Of a stretch of 64,000 bases of DNA, positions 44,242 to 56,695 are shown one piece after another; the first letter of the stretch is position 1; the number at the start of each line of letters is the position of its first letter. Both the position numbers and the translations under genes were made by a program. This DNA is from the human T2T-CHM13v2.0 reference genome, Homo sapiens: NCBI RefSeq assembly GCF_009914755.1, contig NC_060936.1; one strand, given 5' to 3'. Under the pieces are notes generated by a model. That model made no database searches, had not been told where the DNA came from, and was given only the letters and a program-made list of their open reading frames with translations.

Positions 44242-44459
44242 TTAAAAAATCACACTAAAAATCAGGTCACATTGCAGAAAATCACAAAAATCCAGAGACT
44301 GAAAGGTAATTAATAGGTAATATCAATGAGTAATGAAGATGACTGAGCAAATGCCTGCATTGTGCATGTGTGTGTTTGGGGTGGTGGGGAGGTTTAAGTG
44401 ACAGGTAAGCTGAAGAAACCTGAGCATGTGCCCCAACTAGAATGGCTCCTGTGACCTCA

Positions 44460-44630
44460 CTGAGGTTCACAGTTTGCAGGTGAAATTGGTAGTTTCATGT
44501 AGCTAACTCATACAATCATGAAAAACCAAAAATCTGGATTTTTATGAGGAATGTCCAGGTTTTTAATGTTAGTATAATCAAAAGAAAAACAAGAAACACC
44601 CATAGCCAGTACATAAGTTTGTGACCTTTG
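44460..44630. mobile_element. Old hAT MITE fragment (MER102-like)
   Basis: ccaaaaatctggatttttatgaggaatgtccaggtttttaatgtt...agtttgtgacctttg. Confidence 0.4.
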
Positions 44631-44745
44631 GTTTAATGTGAATTAAACAGTAACAATACATTCAATATTAGAACTATCTCAAAATATCTTGGTATTTGTT
44701 GTCACTTCAGCCATAGTTCTTTCATCTAAATGTGGTAATAAAATG

Positions 44746-45026
44746 CAGCTAATACTTATATAGCAACTAAGATATCACACTGAGCTATATGTCCATATCT
44801 GGCTATCTACTTATTTACCTGCCTACCTATCAAATCTTTACAACCACCATGCCAGTGAGTACTATTCCTATCTCTACTTTACGGCCAAGGAAGCCAAGGA
44901 ATGGAGGTCAGGAGATGCCAAGGATCAGAAGTGAAGTGATTTGCCTGAAGTCCCACAACTTCAGTAGCAGGGCAGGATTCGACCCTGAGCCTTTCACCTC
45001 ACAGTCTATGCTTTTAGCCACTACAT
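44746..45026 (-). mobile_element. MIR
   Basis: agtgaagtgatttgcctgaagtcccacaac...gcaggattcgaccc...gcttttagccactaca. Confidence 0.75.
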
Positions 45027-46184
45027 GGTTTCTACTGGAGATTTTCTCTGAAGTGCATTACAGACAGAAACTATCTTTTACAAAAATAACCCTAAAAATG
45101 GCATATCTTCTGGCAAATATATTTGTACCAGTTATGAATGAGTGAGACAGTTTGAAAAATACAGAGTCCAAAATGGAGAGACTTTTGGATAATTTGGATG
45201 GTTTTTTATTATATTTGACACTGAAACTGTCCCAGAAAATCCTGTAAACAGGATTAGTAGACTCTGTTATATATCTCATCTATCTTCCACAGTCCTATTG
45301 CCAAACATCGGCATTTATTTAATCAGCGCTATTGCCTAAAAGTCTACTCACTTATGGCATTTTCCCTTCTCTGAAAACCTTTTCTAATCTCTGCTAAAAA
45401 AAACCCCACAAAAGTTAGTTTTAATAAACTTCGAAATAGAAATTTCCCAATACAACTAAATGTTTTCTACAAAAAGCGATAGAAAAGAATGTTTTTAATA
45501 ATAGTTGCCTTTTGTTTACTTTTAATTTACCTGAAGTCATTTTCTAATTCTAAGATATTGTTTGTATTTCACTTAGCGATGGCCCTTGGTGTATTTCAAG
45601 TAAGAGACAAACTTTAAGACTGCCTATTACAATCTTTATGAAAATGTGGTAGCCTAGATAGATGACTCTCTAGATTAGTAATAGACTAGCTCTAAGACAA
45701 AATTCCCAGCATGGACTACTGGCACTTCTGCTTCTTTTATCTTATTTCCCATTTTGATTTAGGTCCAAGTTGAGTATAGGAATCACAACTTTTGGGCAGA
45801 TGACATATGAATTGGAAGTAGAAGCTTCTTGACATTGTTTCCATGAATCTTCTCATGAAGAGCTAAAAGAAAACAAGAATACCATTGCTTTTATCCATGG
45901 ACCTACTCCTTATGCAATATGCTTGCCAAAACTGTCTATAAGTGGGAGAAAAGAAGTATGTTAGTGGAGAAAATCTGAAAAATCTTACCTAGTCCTGAAT
46001 TTTCCATAGTTACTTAATTTGAGGTCCTCCAAAATAAGCAGTTTGTATAATATATGTATGCAAAATAGCATGATTCAAAACAAAAGTATCCTGTTTACAA
46101 GGTCTATTAATAATAGTGATAATGGCTAAGAACAAGTATTATGAAAAGGGCATATAAAATTTTTAATGGATAACTAGATAAAGC

Positions 46185-46295
46185 TACTATTTACACTATA
46201 AACTTTATGAGACAGAGATCATGTATATTTTCTTCATTTCTATATTCTTTGGGCTAACACAGTGTCTGATACATGAAATATTTGTTGAGTGACTG
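46185..46295 (+). mobile_element. L2 3' end
   Basis: actataaactttatgagacagagatcatg...aacacagtgtctgataca...aatatttgttgagtga. Confidence 0.65.
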
Positions 46296-46519
46296 TCCAA
46301 ATATCCAAAATAATTATTCCATCTATATAGTTAAAACAATTACTGGTACATAATCCACCTAATATGCTCTCAAGGGAACCCAAGTTAGAATAGTCCCTGT
46401 GCTGCCAAGGAAGCCTAATAAAGAAGTACAAAATAATCAACAGGAGCAGTGCATCAATCAGAAGAGGTCTGATCATGATTAAATACGAGCATTTTTAAAA
46501 CCTCAAATTTCCGTTCATA

Positions 46520-47480
46520 AGTAGAATTTAAAGCAGCTGTTCAGCACTAGCACAATGTACGCCCTATGAAAGGCAAATCATGGCAGCAGTGAAACTATTG
46601 CTCTAAGACCTCAAAGTTGATATGATCTTTAAAAAAAAAAAAAAGTCAAAAATCCAAAGGGACAATTTTACATTTTCATATTGCACAGCAGACAAAAAGA
46701 ATTTGGTATTCCAATGTTGGGGTCTCTGTTTTTACACATGAAGCTGAGGTGTTTCCCTTAGAAGCAAAGGTCTTAGGGGACATGTCTGTCACAGCAGTTA
46801 TTTTCTGTTTCACTTGTTGGCAAACTTACATTTCAAAACAACAACAAAAACGAGCCTCCCCAGCTCCCTGTAAACCAAGGAGGTAGAAACAAAAAATATT
46901 TCAAAGCAAGAAAGCAAACAGACTGTGAGGACTGAAACTCAGACCAAAGGCATCTGCTCTCTAACTCACACTCCCCACAACCACCCAGCCTTCTTACAAT
47001 CTTACAGATTTTCCTAAGAGATGTTGCCATTTTCGCTTTGTTTTTCCCTAAGTTCTGGCAATACCCATCACTGCAGGCAAGGCAGCAAAGCCACTAGCAG
47101 AATCCAAACCGGAAAACAGAAAAGCTGTTCTGTCTTTTCTTCCCTGCCACTCCATTACTAATTTATTTTTTTCAAAGTAAAACTCCCTCATTCTACCCAA
47201 AACGGCAATCACTAACTTCCAGCATATAACAATTATTTCATTAAGGGCAAAGAATACAAAAATGATTATAGTCTGCAGGGCTAAAAGACGGACTAGCCGA
47301 AACACCAGACAACTCCCCCCCTGGGCTCCCACTTTTTTCAGGGAGGAATAATACTATAAACCAGCTAGTGTGTTCGTCCTTTAAAAAAGACCAAAGCAAT
47401 CTTTGTTTTCACTCCTTTCTGGTACACCTCCTTCTGAATCCCACCCAATGTGGTGGTTGCCAATACAGCTTCCTGTTCAG
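46520..47480. promoter_or_regulatory. Candidate enhancer or alternative promoter
   Basis: About 1 kb with no recognisable repeat, containing YY1, ETS, CCAAT x2, RUNX, FOX and SOX motifs. Motif evidence only. Confidence 0.35.
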
Positions 47481-48125
47481 TCTTGATAAAAAGAAAGAAA
47501 GAAAGAAAGAAAAACAAAATAATAGGAAAGAACAAAATGTCTAATGTCATGTGTCCATTATCAATATATCATTTAGAATATAAGAATTTCACTATGATTC
47601 TTCAAAAAACATCATATTTGAAATTCAACCCCTACACAGTGCTTATATTTTTCTCCTTTAAATTTACAATTAACAGTCCACAAACTAAACCAAGGGTTTT
47701 CTGTCAAGAAAAATATCTTTGAGTACAAAGAAAAGAACAGGAAATCCACCTGCATTCATGGGTCACTTGTGTCTTACAAATATTACTCTCTGATTTACTA
47801 TATTTTGCTTCATATGCACAGGTGAAGTTGAAACCAGTCTTTAGACGCTATTACAGAGAAAATGAGATCCGATAGATAAATGGTTTCCATAACATTTATA
47901 TGTAACATGTGTCATATATATCCTATGTTAAAAATAAGTTCAAGTGCTATTAAATCTATATTAAGTTTGAAAACTCAATCCAATTCAATAAGTACTTCTG
48001 TAGTGTTGATATTGTGCTTGGCATGAGGAAATAAAGATTAATGAATTTTAGCTGACGCACTCACAATCTAGTGACATTGCAGTCTCGTGAGGAAAAACAA
48101 CTGGTAAACATACTGAAACGGGTAG

Positions 48126-48498
<373 letters not shown>

Positions 48499-48541
48499 AA
48501 GGGAAGCTTCTTAAAGGATGAGGTTAAACCACCCAAAAATA

Positions 48542-48576
48542 AATGAATGAATGAATGAATGAATGAATGAATGAAT
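48542..48576 (+). repeat. (AATG)8 tetranucleotide STR
   Basis: Perfect run. Confidence 0.96.
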
Positions 48577-49029
48577 ACGTAAAAGCATAATGTAAGCTAA
48601 TAATTAAAAGAAATATAGAATGATATACAATAGCTAGAGACTAGAATGCAAGGTAGGGAATCGGTAGACAAACAGCTAGATAAATAGATAAACAGTTAGA
48701 AGGTGAAATTAAGTTCCGATTATTTAATAAACATCACTTGAATGTCAAAAATATACCTAGCACTGAGCCATGAGGATGCTGCAGGCAACTTAGAGTTATC
48801 ACATGTCATTAAATTAAGAAGTGCCATGACCAAAAGATAGTTTATCATAAACTCCATAATGCAATCCCCGCCCCAAGCTCAAAGAACAATACTTTTTATT
48901 GCTTATGAAATAACAGCCAATTTTGGGGTTTAGGGTCTTCCATAGCCTGTCCCCAGCCTATATGTTTTATATCCTGTATCTGAGTCACACGAGATTCTTG
49001 CCATGTTCAAAGCTGATCATGATTACGTG

Positions 49030-49368
49030 ATTTTATTTATGCTGGTGCTAAATCTGAAATGTCCTTTCAACCCTATTCTGGGGTGCTCCAAAAGCCTATA
49101 CAACCTCTAGCTTGAAAGCCACCACCATTATATAACCTTCTTTAATCTTCAGAGTTTGAATTTATCTTTCACTTCTTAGGACTTCAATGACATTTTATGG
49201 ATATCTACTGCAGTTGTTCTATAAAGTGGTCTTGTGATGCTTATATAAACCTTTCTACCACTCAAATGAAAAACATTGAGGGAGAATTTTTGTCATACCT
49301 TTTCCACAAATGTTGCCTAAAAAAGGCTTTGCATTTAGTATACATTCAACAAATATTTACAGAATTGT
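49030..49368 (+). mobile_element. Degenerate L2 3' region
   Basis: atgctggtgc...tctgaaatgtcctttc and terminal cattcaacaaatatttacagaat. Confidence 0.5.
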
Positions 49369-50166
49369 ACCAAGATAAAATATTTAGTATGTTAGACTAG
49401 CTAAGTGATCTTAAAAATTTATGAATGTTATGGAAATATCAAAAATCTCACATGAATTTAACATCAGAGATTAAGCTGCGAGAAACGTATCATATTATTG
49501 CTTCTTTCACACTTGATAGGCTACGTTGTCACTACTTCCTCAGCCTGTAGCTACTGTTGTAGCAATTCTTCCTGCATTTTTTTTTACAGACCTAGGACCA
49601 GACTTTATCATCAAGAAATTACACAAGGTGACATGGTAGATTAAAATTATGGGAAGCCAGATTTACAAAGGCCTTATATAATTTGACAAATTACAGTGAA
49701 ATTTTGGTGAAAGCACCAAAAATGCTAATATAATGTTTTCTTCCCTTTCTATCAGAATGTCCTTAGTTGTAAGTGAAGGTGATGCAGGTTTAAATCAGGT
49801 GCAACGGAGGAATATTACATTTGTAAAGTCTATAACTTGCAGGCTACCAGTATCTCAGCCTTCCATTTTTGTTATCATTCCTAGAGGATACTTACTAAAA
49901 TGTGAAATTTAAAGGAAAGGAATTTTGAAAAAAGATCACAGGAATTCACAGAATTGATATAGCAGGAAGTTGCTTCGCGTTGGTTTTTCTTAGGTATTTA
50001 AATTATTACTATTGACTTCAGGTCATCAAATACTTGACACTTCAACAAGGTCAGTATTTTTAACTGAAAAAAAAAGTTTGGTTAAGCTCATATGATTAAA
50101 TCCCTATCATTTTAATTTTAAACTTCTTTCAGTCTTGCTCATAAAATAAGTTAATAGAAAACCCAA

Positions 50167-50270
50167 CTTTGTTCACTTGTTTATCTGCTGACCTTCCCTC
50201 CACTATTGTCCTGTGACCCTGCCAAATCCCCCTCTACGAGAAACACCCAAGAATGATCAATAAAAAAAAA
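50167..50270 (+). mobile_element. Extremely 5'-truncated SVA (3' end of SINE-R plus poly-A)
   Basis: ctttgttcacttgtttatctgctgaccttccctccactattgtcctgtgaccctgccaaatccccctctacgagaaacacccaagaatgatcaataaa(A)n is the SVA 3' terminus. Perfect 11-bp TSD AGAAAACCCAA at 50156-50166 and 50271-50281. Confidence 0.93.
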
Positions 50271-51727
50271 AGAAAACCCAAGCCATGGTGTATTGTTCAT
50301 GTATCATGCCAACAAATTATCACAAATATATTACCATAGGTATGAGATTTTATAACTATCCTAGCAAAATAATATTTTCATAATGTAGCTACAGATCACA
50401 ATTATGACCTCATAAATCAGTACAATGCTTTGGCTCTCTATTTTAGGTAGAATTCAATGGAATTTCTCTCACAAATCAAAAATGCATAGTATGTCTTGAT
50501 AATTCTGTGTGTGTTACATTTGAATAATTTACTGAATAGAGTTAATGTTAATTTTTAGTAGAGGGCAAGTAGTACATCAGTGTGATTTTTTAATATGTCA
50601 CTAATATCCAATTTATAGGAGAGTGGTTCATAGCTGGTCCGTGACATCAACTTCTGTAATACTCCTGTCTTATACAACAAGAAAAACTTCACAGGCAATT
50701 TCAGAATATAATTGGTAATTTAGTGATAGGTGCCAGAAAAAGTATTTTCCTTTGAAAACTCCATCACAAGGTCAAGTTAAATATGAAGATGAACAGTAAA
50801 TGTAAATGGTGACTAGTAATCTGTATGGAGGAAAGTTATTACAGGGTTGTTTTAAAATTATATTGAAGAGGTCTATAATCACATTTTATTGTTTGAGGCT
50901 GAATATTCTAGGCCATAAATGATTTTAGCAAAGGAAATATGTTCAAGATACAATAACATTTTTGGGGAAGTGATATAAATCTTATTTGTTTATCCAAGTT
51001 TTCCTATAAATAAACTGATCTTAGAAACAAACTAACAAAAGTTATGCTGGTATTTGTTGCTCTGACAATGTTATGAATAATATTTCACTTAACCCTTACA
51101 ATCACCTTTAGTGTAATTAAAAATGATAAATAAAATATCTCACAAAAAATATAATGTGGCACCAACCAATTAGAATAAATGTTGGCAATCAATAACCAAT
51201 ATAACCATACTGGTTATAGCAACTAAGTATCAGCCCTGCAGGCTGCTGTGAGAACAGACTCAGTAAGGGAAGTAACATGCTGGAGTTATCCATAATCAAT
51301 TTGATAGTTCCAGGACACTGGGATGGCTTGGTATTTTAATTGCTAACTGGCTCATATTTATTTACTGTAATACTTTTTACTGAAATTAGTTGAATCTGTA
51401 GATGTACTCCTCACATTTTTAGAATCTCTTTAAATAGGTATTTTCAATTTTGTATTCAGTGGTACATCTCCTAAGAAGATGCACTGTAAGAAGAAAATTT
51501 CTCTCACCAAATAAATTAGGGGTAAGCTACATGAAACAAGTTTTCTTTCTTTTTCTTTACTGGACGTCTCAGAGTCTGTAATATATGTAGTAGGAAGGAA
51601 GAAAATAGGTAAGCTGTGCTTTTCAGGCAAGAAATCATCTACATGGGGAAAGCGAGTATTATAAAGATACAAAATACTACTAATTCATAGGTTTAGTATA
51701 TTTTTAATCAATGTTCCTGTGAGGACA

Positions 51728-51868
51728 CCTGAACTTATGGATTATGTTTAGTATATTCAAAATCCTATGCTTTATCTGAACTTATGGATTATGTTTAGTA
51801 AATTCAAAATCCTATGCTTTACCTGAACTTTTGGATTATGTTTGGTATATTCAAAATCCTATGCTTTT
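51728..51868 (+). repeat. 47-bp minisatellite x3
   Basis: Unit CCTGAACTTATGGATTATGTTTAGTATATTCAAAATCCTATGCTTTA starting at 51728, 51775 and 51822. Copies 2 and 3 differ from copy 1 at 2-3 positions. Confidence 0.95.
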
Positions 51869-54800
51869 TTTCCTGATAGCAATTCATTTCTTTGTTTTAA
51901 AGAACTGACACATACATTTTTGTCCTACAAAATAAAGCATAATTTTGATGACAGATTTGAGTGTTTATTTAATAGTGTCAAACAAATAGTATATGGCTAA
52001 GGCTGTCCATGAGATATGCTTGTCAAGTCATAAATGATCTACAGGGAAAATGCCTTTGAGAAGCACAATTCTCAAAATACTTAGATTGCAAGGTTCGTCA
52101 ACTTTAGGAGAGAGTGAAATACCAAGAAGAAGCCTATCCCAGAGGACTTAAAATCCATCTGCATTGGGTAATAGGATAAAGAACTTTTTGTTGTATGCCA
52201 GAAAGGACCTCACAATTCTTATTTGTCATGTTTACTACTAAAAAATGAAAAAGATGATCTGCTAATACAAATTTTAAAAATTAGAACAACCACTATTAGA
52301 GAACCTAATTTTAAAAACTGGACATTCCTTGCTTTGTTTTTCCAAAAGGATTATAGTCTGGATTTTATGAATCAACTTTATAAAACATTCTTATAAATTA
52401 GCAAACTTCTTCACTGCCTTTAACCATTATAGCAGTTATTCAAATTCACCTAAAATAAACTACGTAACCATTCTGGGGGAGGCTCTTGGCTCTCTGGTAA
52501 CTTCTACTTACGGGAGAAAGAAGGGCTATCCTTTCCACTGGAGGTATATCACTTTTGTGAAGAATTCATACCATTTTACTAAAGCCACTCCTCATTCTTC
52601 ATCACTATCTCTATTTTTCTCCAACTTAACACCTCTTTCTCCTTCTCTCTCTCCTTTTTATCTCCCTCTCTTTCATTCTCGCTTTATATACACACATACA
52701 TACATATGGACATACATATAGGCAGGGCTACAGGATCTAAGATCTGAGACAATATATTTTCCATAATTAGTGGAAAATCCTTCATCTTGTTAAAATAATG
52801 ATGATCATGACCAATAGTTATTTCAATTTTCCTGTTTACCTCACAGACTATATAAAGTCTAAAGTCTCTCCATCATAGTTTAAGGACAAGTTATACCATC
52901 TATAACATCATTTTTTTTTTCTAAAAAAGAAACTACAATGTTAAAATCCATCTTTAACAAATATGTAAGATAGTACTTCGGCTTGATTGCACTTTGTCTT
53001 CAAGAACCATTGGTATGCTGCTGTAAATGACTTACACTTTGATGATCACGAGTAAGACCAAACTCTATTTATACCTTTCAGTGTGCTAATATCATGTTCC
53101 GCAAAACATAGAGATCCTCACAAAGTCACAAATAAGCTCACCTTGAAATTTATCTGTCTCCAGAAAAGCATTACATTTTCCAGAACCCAGAAGATTTAGT
53201 AGCCATTAGATGGCTATGAAATGCACTCTCCAGTAGTAAGAGCATCAAGGAGCAACTGGAGAGGATGGAACCAGGGCGATTAACAGTCATGGAGCTCCCC
53301 AGTGAAAATCTACTGGGCACATGAGGAAGGACAGTGGAGTACAGCACAGCTCCCTGGAGAAATAAGGTAACAAAACCTGAAGGGAAGCCAAATGAGCCCA
53401 GAGAAAATACCGGTGAAAAGCTAAGAAGTCTGAGTAGGGCTAGGTACCAGGAAAAACATAGGACCTACAGTAAATCCAAACAGCCACGAAAACCAGGATC
53501 TCAGAGATTCAACATCCATTAGCAGAGGGCCCTTTTGAAGCAGAAATGCAGATTTTCCTCTCTATCCTTAATGTTGCTCAGTACTCGGGTGTGGCCAAGG
53601 AATTTTATGGGAATTGATAAGTTACACTTTAACTGAAATAGAACTCTTTAATATTAAAGCCCAAGAAACTGACATTCAGAGGATGTATGAAACCTAATGC
53701 CTTTAGTATCATTAGACGTATGAATTTCTAAGCATATAAAAACAATTTTATGCATTTTATTCATTGTTAAGCTGAAATACATAAACTATAGAAAATTATA
53801 AATTTATTTATTTTTAAACAATAAAGTAAAATAATAAAACAATAAACAATAAAAGCACTTTTCCTTAATTTTTCATTATTCATTCCATATACAAAATAGA
53901 CCAGCCATTTATAAACAAGGAAATTAATGTTGCTTGCTCTTAGAGTAGGAAATATACCACTTTCAAATTCCTGACTTTTAATTTTTAAAAAGTTATAATT
54001 TTGACAATTATCTTTAAGCATCTAAGGTCTTATGGCTAATAAAAGTAGCAGGCAATAGGTAAAAAGTAAAAATTTGGAACTTAAAGATCAAGAACCTAAA
54101 AGAAAATTGCTTATTGTATGGGTGTTTAATTTTTATTATCCACTACTATGTTTAAACTGTCAATTCATTATCAATTAGCTGTTGCTAAATTATTGCAAGT
54201 AAATATAATTACTAAAATAATATCTGAAAGAAAATTATAATAAATTAAGTGACTGCTCTGGTAGTGTTTTTTTAAAAAAATGCCTTCTACGAAACAAAAA
54301 CACAGAAAAGCTTAACATGAAAGCCATAGCAGTATTACAAACATATGTATAAATTAAAAGTGGAACAATCAGAAGAGATTTTGAATTATCTCACAAAGAG
54401 CAACTCCTTAAACAACAATGCATTTCCTTCCAAATATGGATTATTCTCACATTAAAGTCTGTAAAAAACCAACAAACTAATATAAACTCTGAAAGTATGT
54501 TACATTGTGGAAACAAAGTTATATATTGAACGATGATATAAATGAAAGAGAGTTTTTAAAGCAAAAGCAAAACTATCAGTTAAGAAACTGTTAAAAAGGA
54601 TAATGTTGCTTCATTATCTCCCACCCTCATTTTTTTCCTGAATAAAAACATTCTGTGCTGTGAGCTGAATATCAGCTAGCCAATTACATTCAGGGGTCTC
54701 CTAAGTATGAGTCAAAGTTCACACATCATGGGGCTAGCATTTATCTGAGCATTTGACAATAAGTGTCCAATACAGAAAAGAGAAAATGAACCTTTTAGCC

Positions 54801-55269
54801 ATTAAAATTATTTAATCCCACTGTGAAAGAGGAAAAAAAACAACAACAACCTTTCTAACAAAATCCAACTAGTCATAATTAAGCTCACAAAAGGAGATAT
54901 AATTAAATAGCATACATCAATATAATCTATACTTTTACAATTCTTAATTTTTTTAAAAAATACGTGTTTCCACCTGATATTTAATACCTGTGAAAACAAT
55001 TTTTAGAACTACTACTTTTTAAGACATAACACGACAGCTTATATTGAACCAACAGAAAATGTTATATTTAGAAATTTTGCAGTTAAAAAACAGCATTGAA
55101 GTTTATCAGAGTCCATCCATGAAGAGGATAATAACAACAGTTTAATCAAATTAAATCATTCTTTAGCATCTCCATTTAATAAAAGAGGACAATCAACAGG
55201 CTGTTCAAAACCAAAGCTTCCCTACAATTTCTCTACTCATCCTCATTCTGACCACACAACATCTTTTTC

Positions 55270-55450
55270 CAATTCAAACCACGCATTCTGGAGCTCCCTT
55301 TCTCACCCCTCACAAACCTTAGTGGAATGAAGGGCATTAAAAGTAAACAACCAATAAATGTAACTGCGTTACTGAGTCATGTGGGGAGGAGGGCAACATG
55401 CAGAGAAAATGGCTAAGTTGTTCACACTGGTAAAGCAGACTTTGTTCCAG
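55270..55450. promoter_or_regulatory. Candidate intronic enhancer
   Basis: RUNX, TEAD x2, FOX, HOX13/CDX, AP-1, YY1 and SOX motifs within 170 bp. Motif evidence only. Confidence 0.4.
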
Positions 55451-55824
55451 AAACTTTCCAAGAACATTGGTAGAATGCTTCATTTTTAATTTATTCAAAC
55501 CCATTTAAAATTTACCTGAATGTAGCAATTTGGCTAGGTTATTTTTTGCTCTCACAAAATGCCATTTTTATTAATACACCAAGAAAAAATATAAATATGC
55601 TCAGTTTGATATTCAGACTTGTGTTTTGAAGATCAGGCTCAAGTAAACCTACAAAAGAAAGCTCTGTATATATTTATAGAGGGAGGAGGATGAAAGCTGA
55701 AGGAATTTGCAACATAGACTCATGGTACAGTCATATCTAAGGAATAAATTAAGGTGTTTTGGGTCCTTCAAGTGGTTTACTGGTGTTACCAGGACTTAGT
55801 ACATGCTGAATCCTCTGATAATAT

Positions 55825-56075
55825 AGTCAACATTTATTAGGTACTCAAAAGGTGAAAAGGACAGTTCTTAGTTGTTCTTAATCATCTCTTTTAATTCTCA
55901 AAACAACCCTGTGAGGCAGGTACTATTATTATCTCCTCTTCACAAATGAGTAAACTGAGGAAGTCCCAGGGAAGTTAAAGAATTTACCCAAGGGAACTCG
56001 TCTTGCATATGGTAGAACCAGACTCATAAACTATGGAGGATTTTACCCTACAGGCCACACTCCTGGCCCATATGA
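55825..56075 (-). mobile_element. MIR
   Basis: tttaattctcaaaacaaccctgtgaggcaggtactattattatctcc...gagtaaactgagg. Confidence 0.85.
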
Positions 56076-56084
56076 CTGTCTAGG

Positions 56085-56372
56085 TCTGGAAAATGTATCA
56101 TTCTTTGCTTTCGGTTCTCACCTTCTCCTCAGAAAGACCCTCTCTAACACACAGAACAGGATTAGGACTCCTTGTGTTCTACCATAACACCTGAACTTAC
56201 TTCCCCATTCATATTTTCCTTCATTGCAATTGCTTGCTTAGTATGTCTCTCCCACCAAACCATAAGCTTCATAGGGACAAAAGCTATATATTTTTATTCA
56301 TTTTTAAATCTCTAGAAACTAGCAGTGTCTAGCACACACAAAATATTCAATAAGTATTTCATGAAAGAATGC
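56085..56372 (+). mobile_element. L2 3' region
   Basis: tgtctctcccaccaaaccataagcttcatagggaca...ctagcacacacaaaatattcaataagtattt. Confidence 0.75.
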
Positions 56373-56474
56373 ACAAATATTTCACTACTGCTTTAAAAAT
56401 CTGTTCTAATGTCCAAGTGCTATTCAGGAATCCCTATTAGTTACTGCAAATATTGACAATTCATCATCAAGAAT

Positions 56475-56695
56475 ATTAATAGCTACTATTTATTTAGTGC
56501 TTACTATATACGTGGTCCAATTTCAAACAGTTTACATACATACAATTACTTACAACAAAAAAACCATTTTACATATGAGGAAGATGGAATTCAGAGAGGT
56601 TAAGTAACTAGCTTCACATCACACAGCCAGTGAAATGTATAGCCAAGATCTGAATAGAGGGATCTGACTCTAGAGCCTGTGCTGTACATTACCTC
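56475..56695 (-). mobile_element. MIR
   Basis: ccattttacatatgaggaag...cagagaggttaagtaact...tctgactctagagcc. Confidence 0.85.

Noticed and set aside
51728-51868. CRISPR-like appearance of the 47-bp repeats
   Set aside because: Head-to-tail units with no unique spacers, in a primate intron with no cas genes.
53215-53520. Purine-rich stretch possibly from an old LTR (similar impression at 1-420 and 5010-5320)
   Set aside because: I could not match it to a family with confidence.
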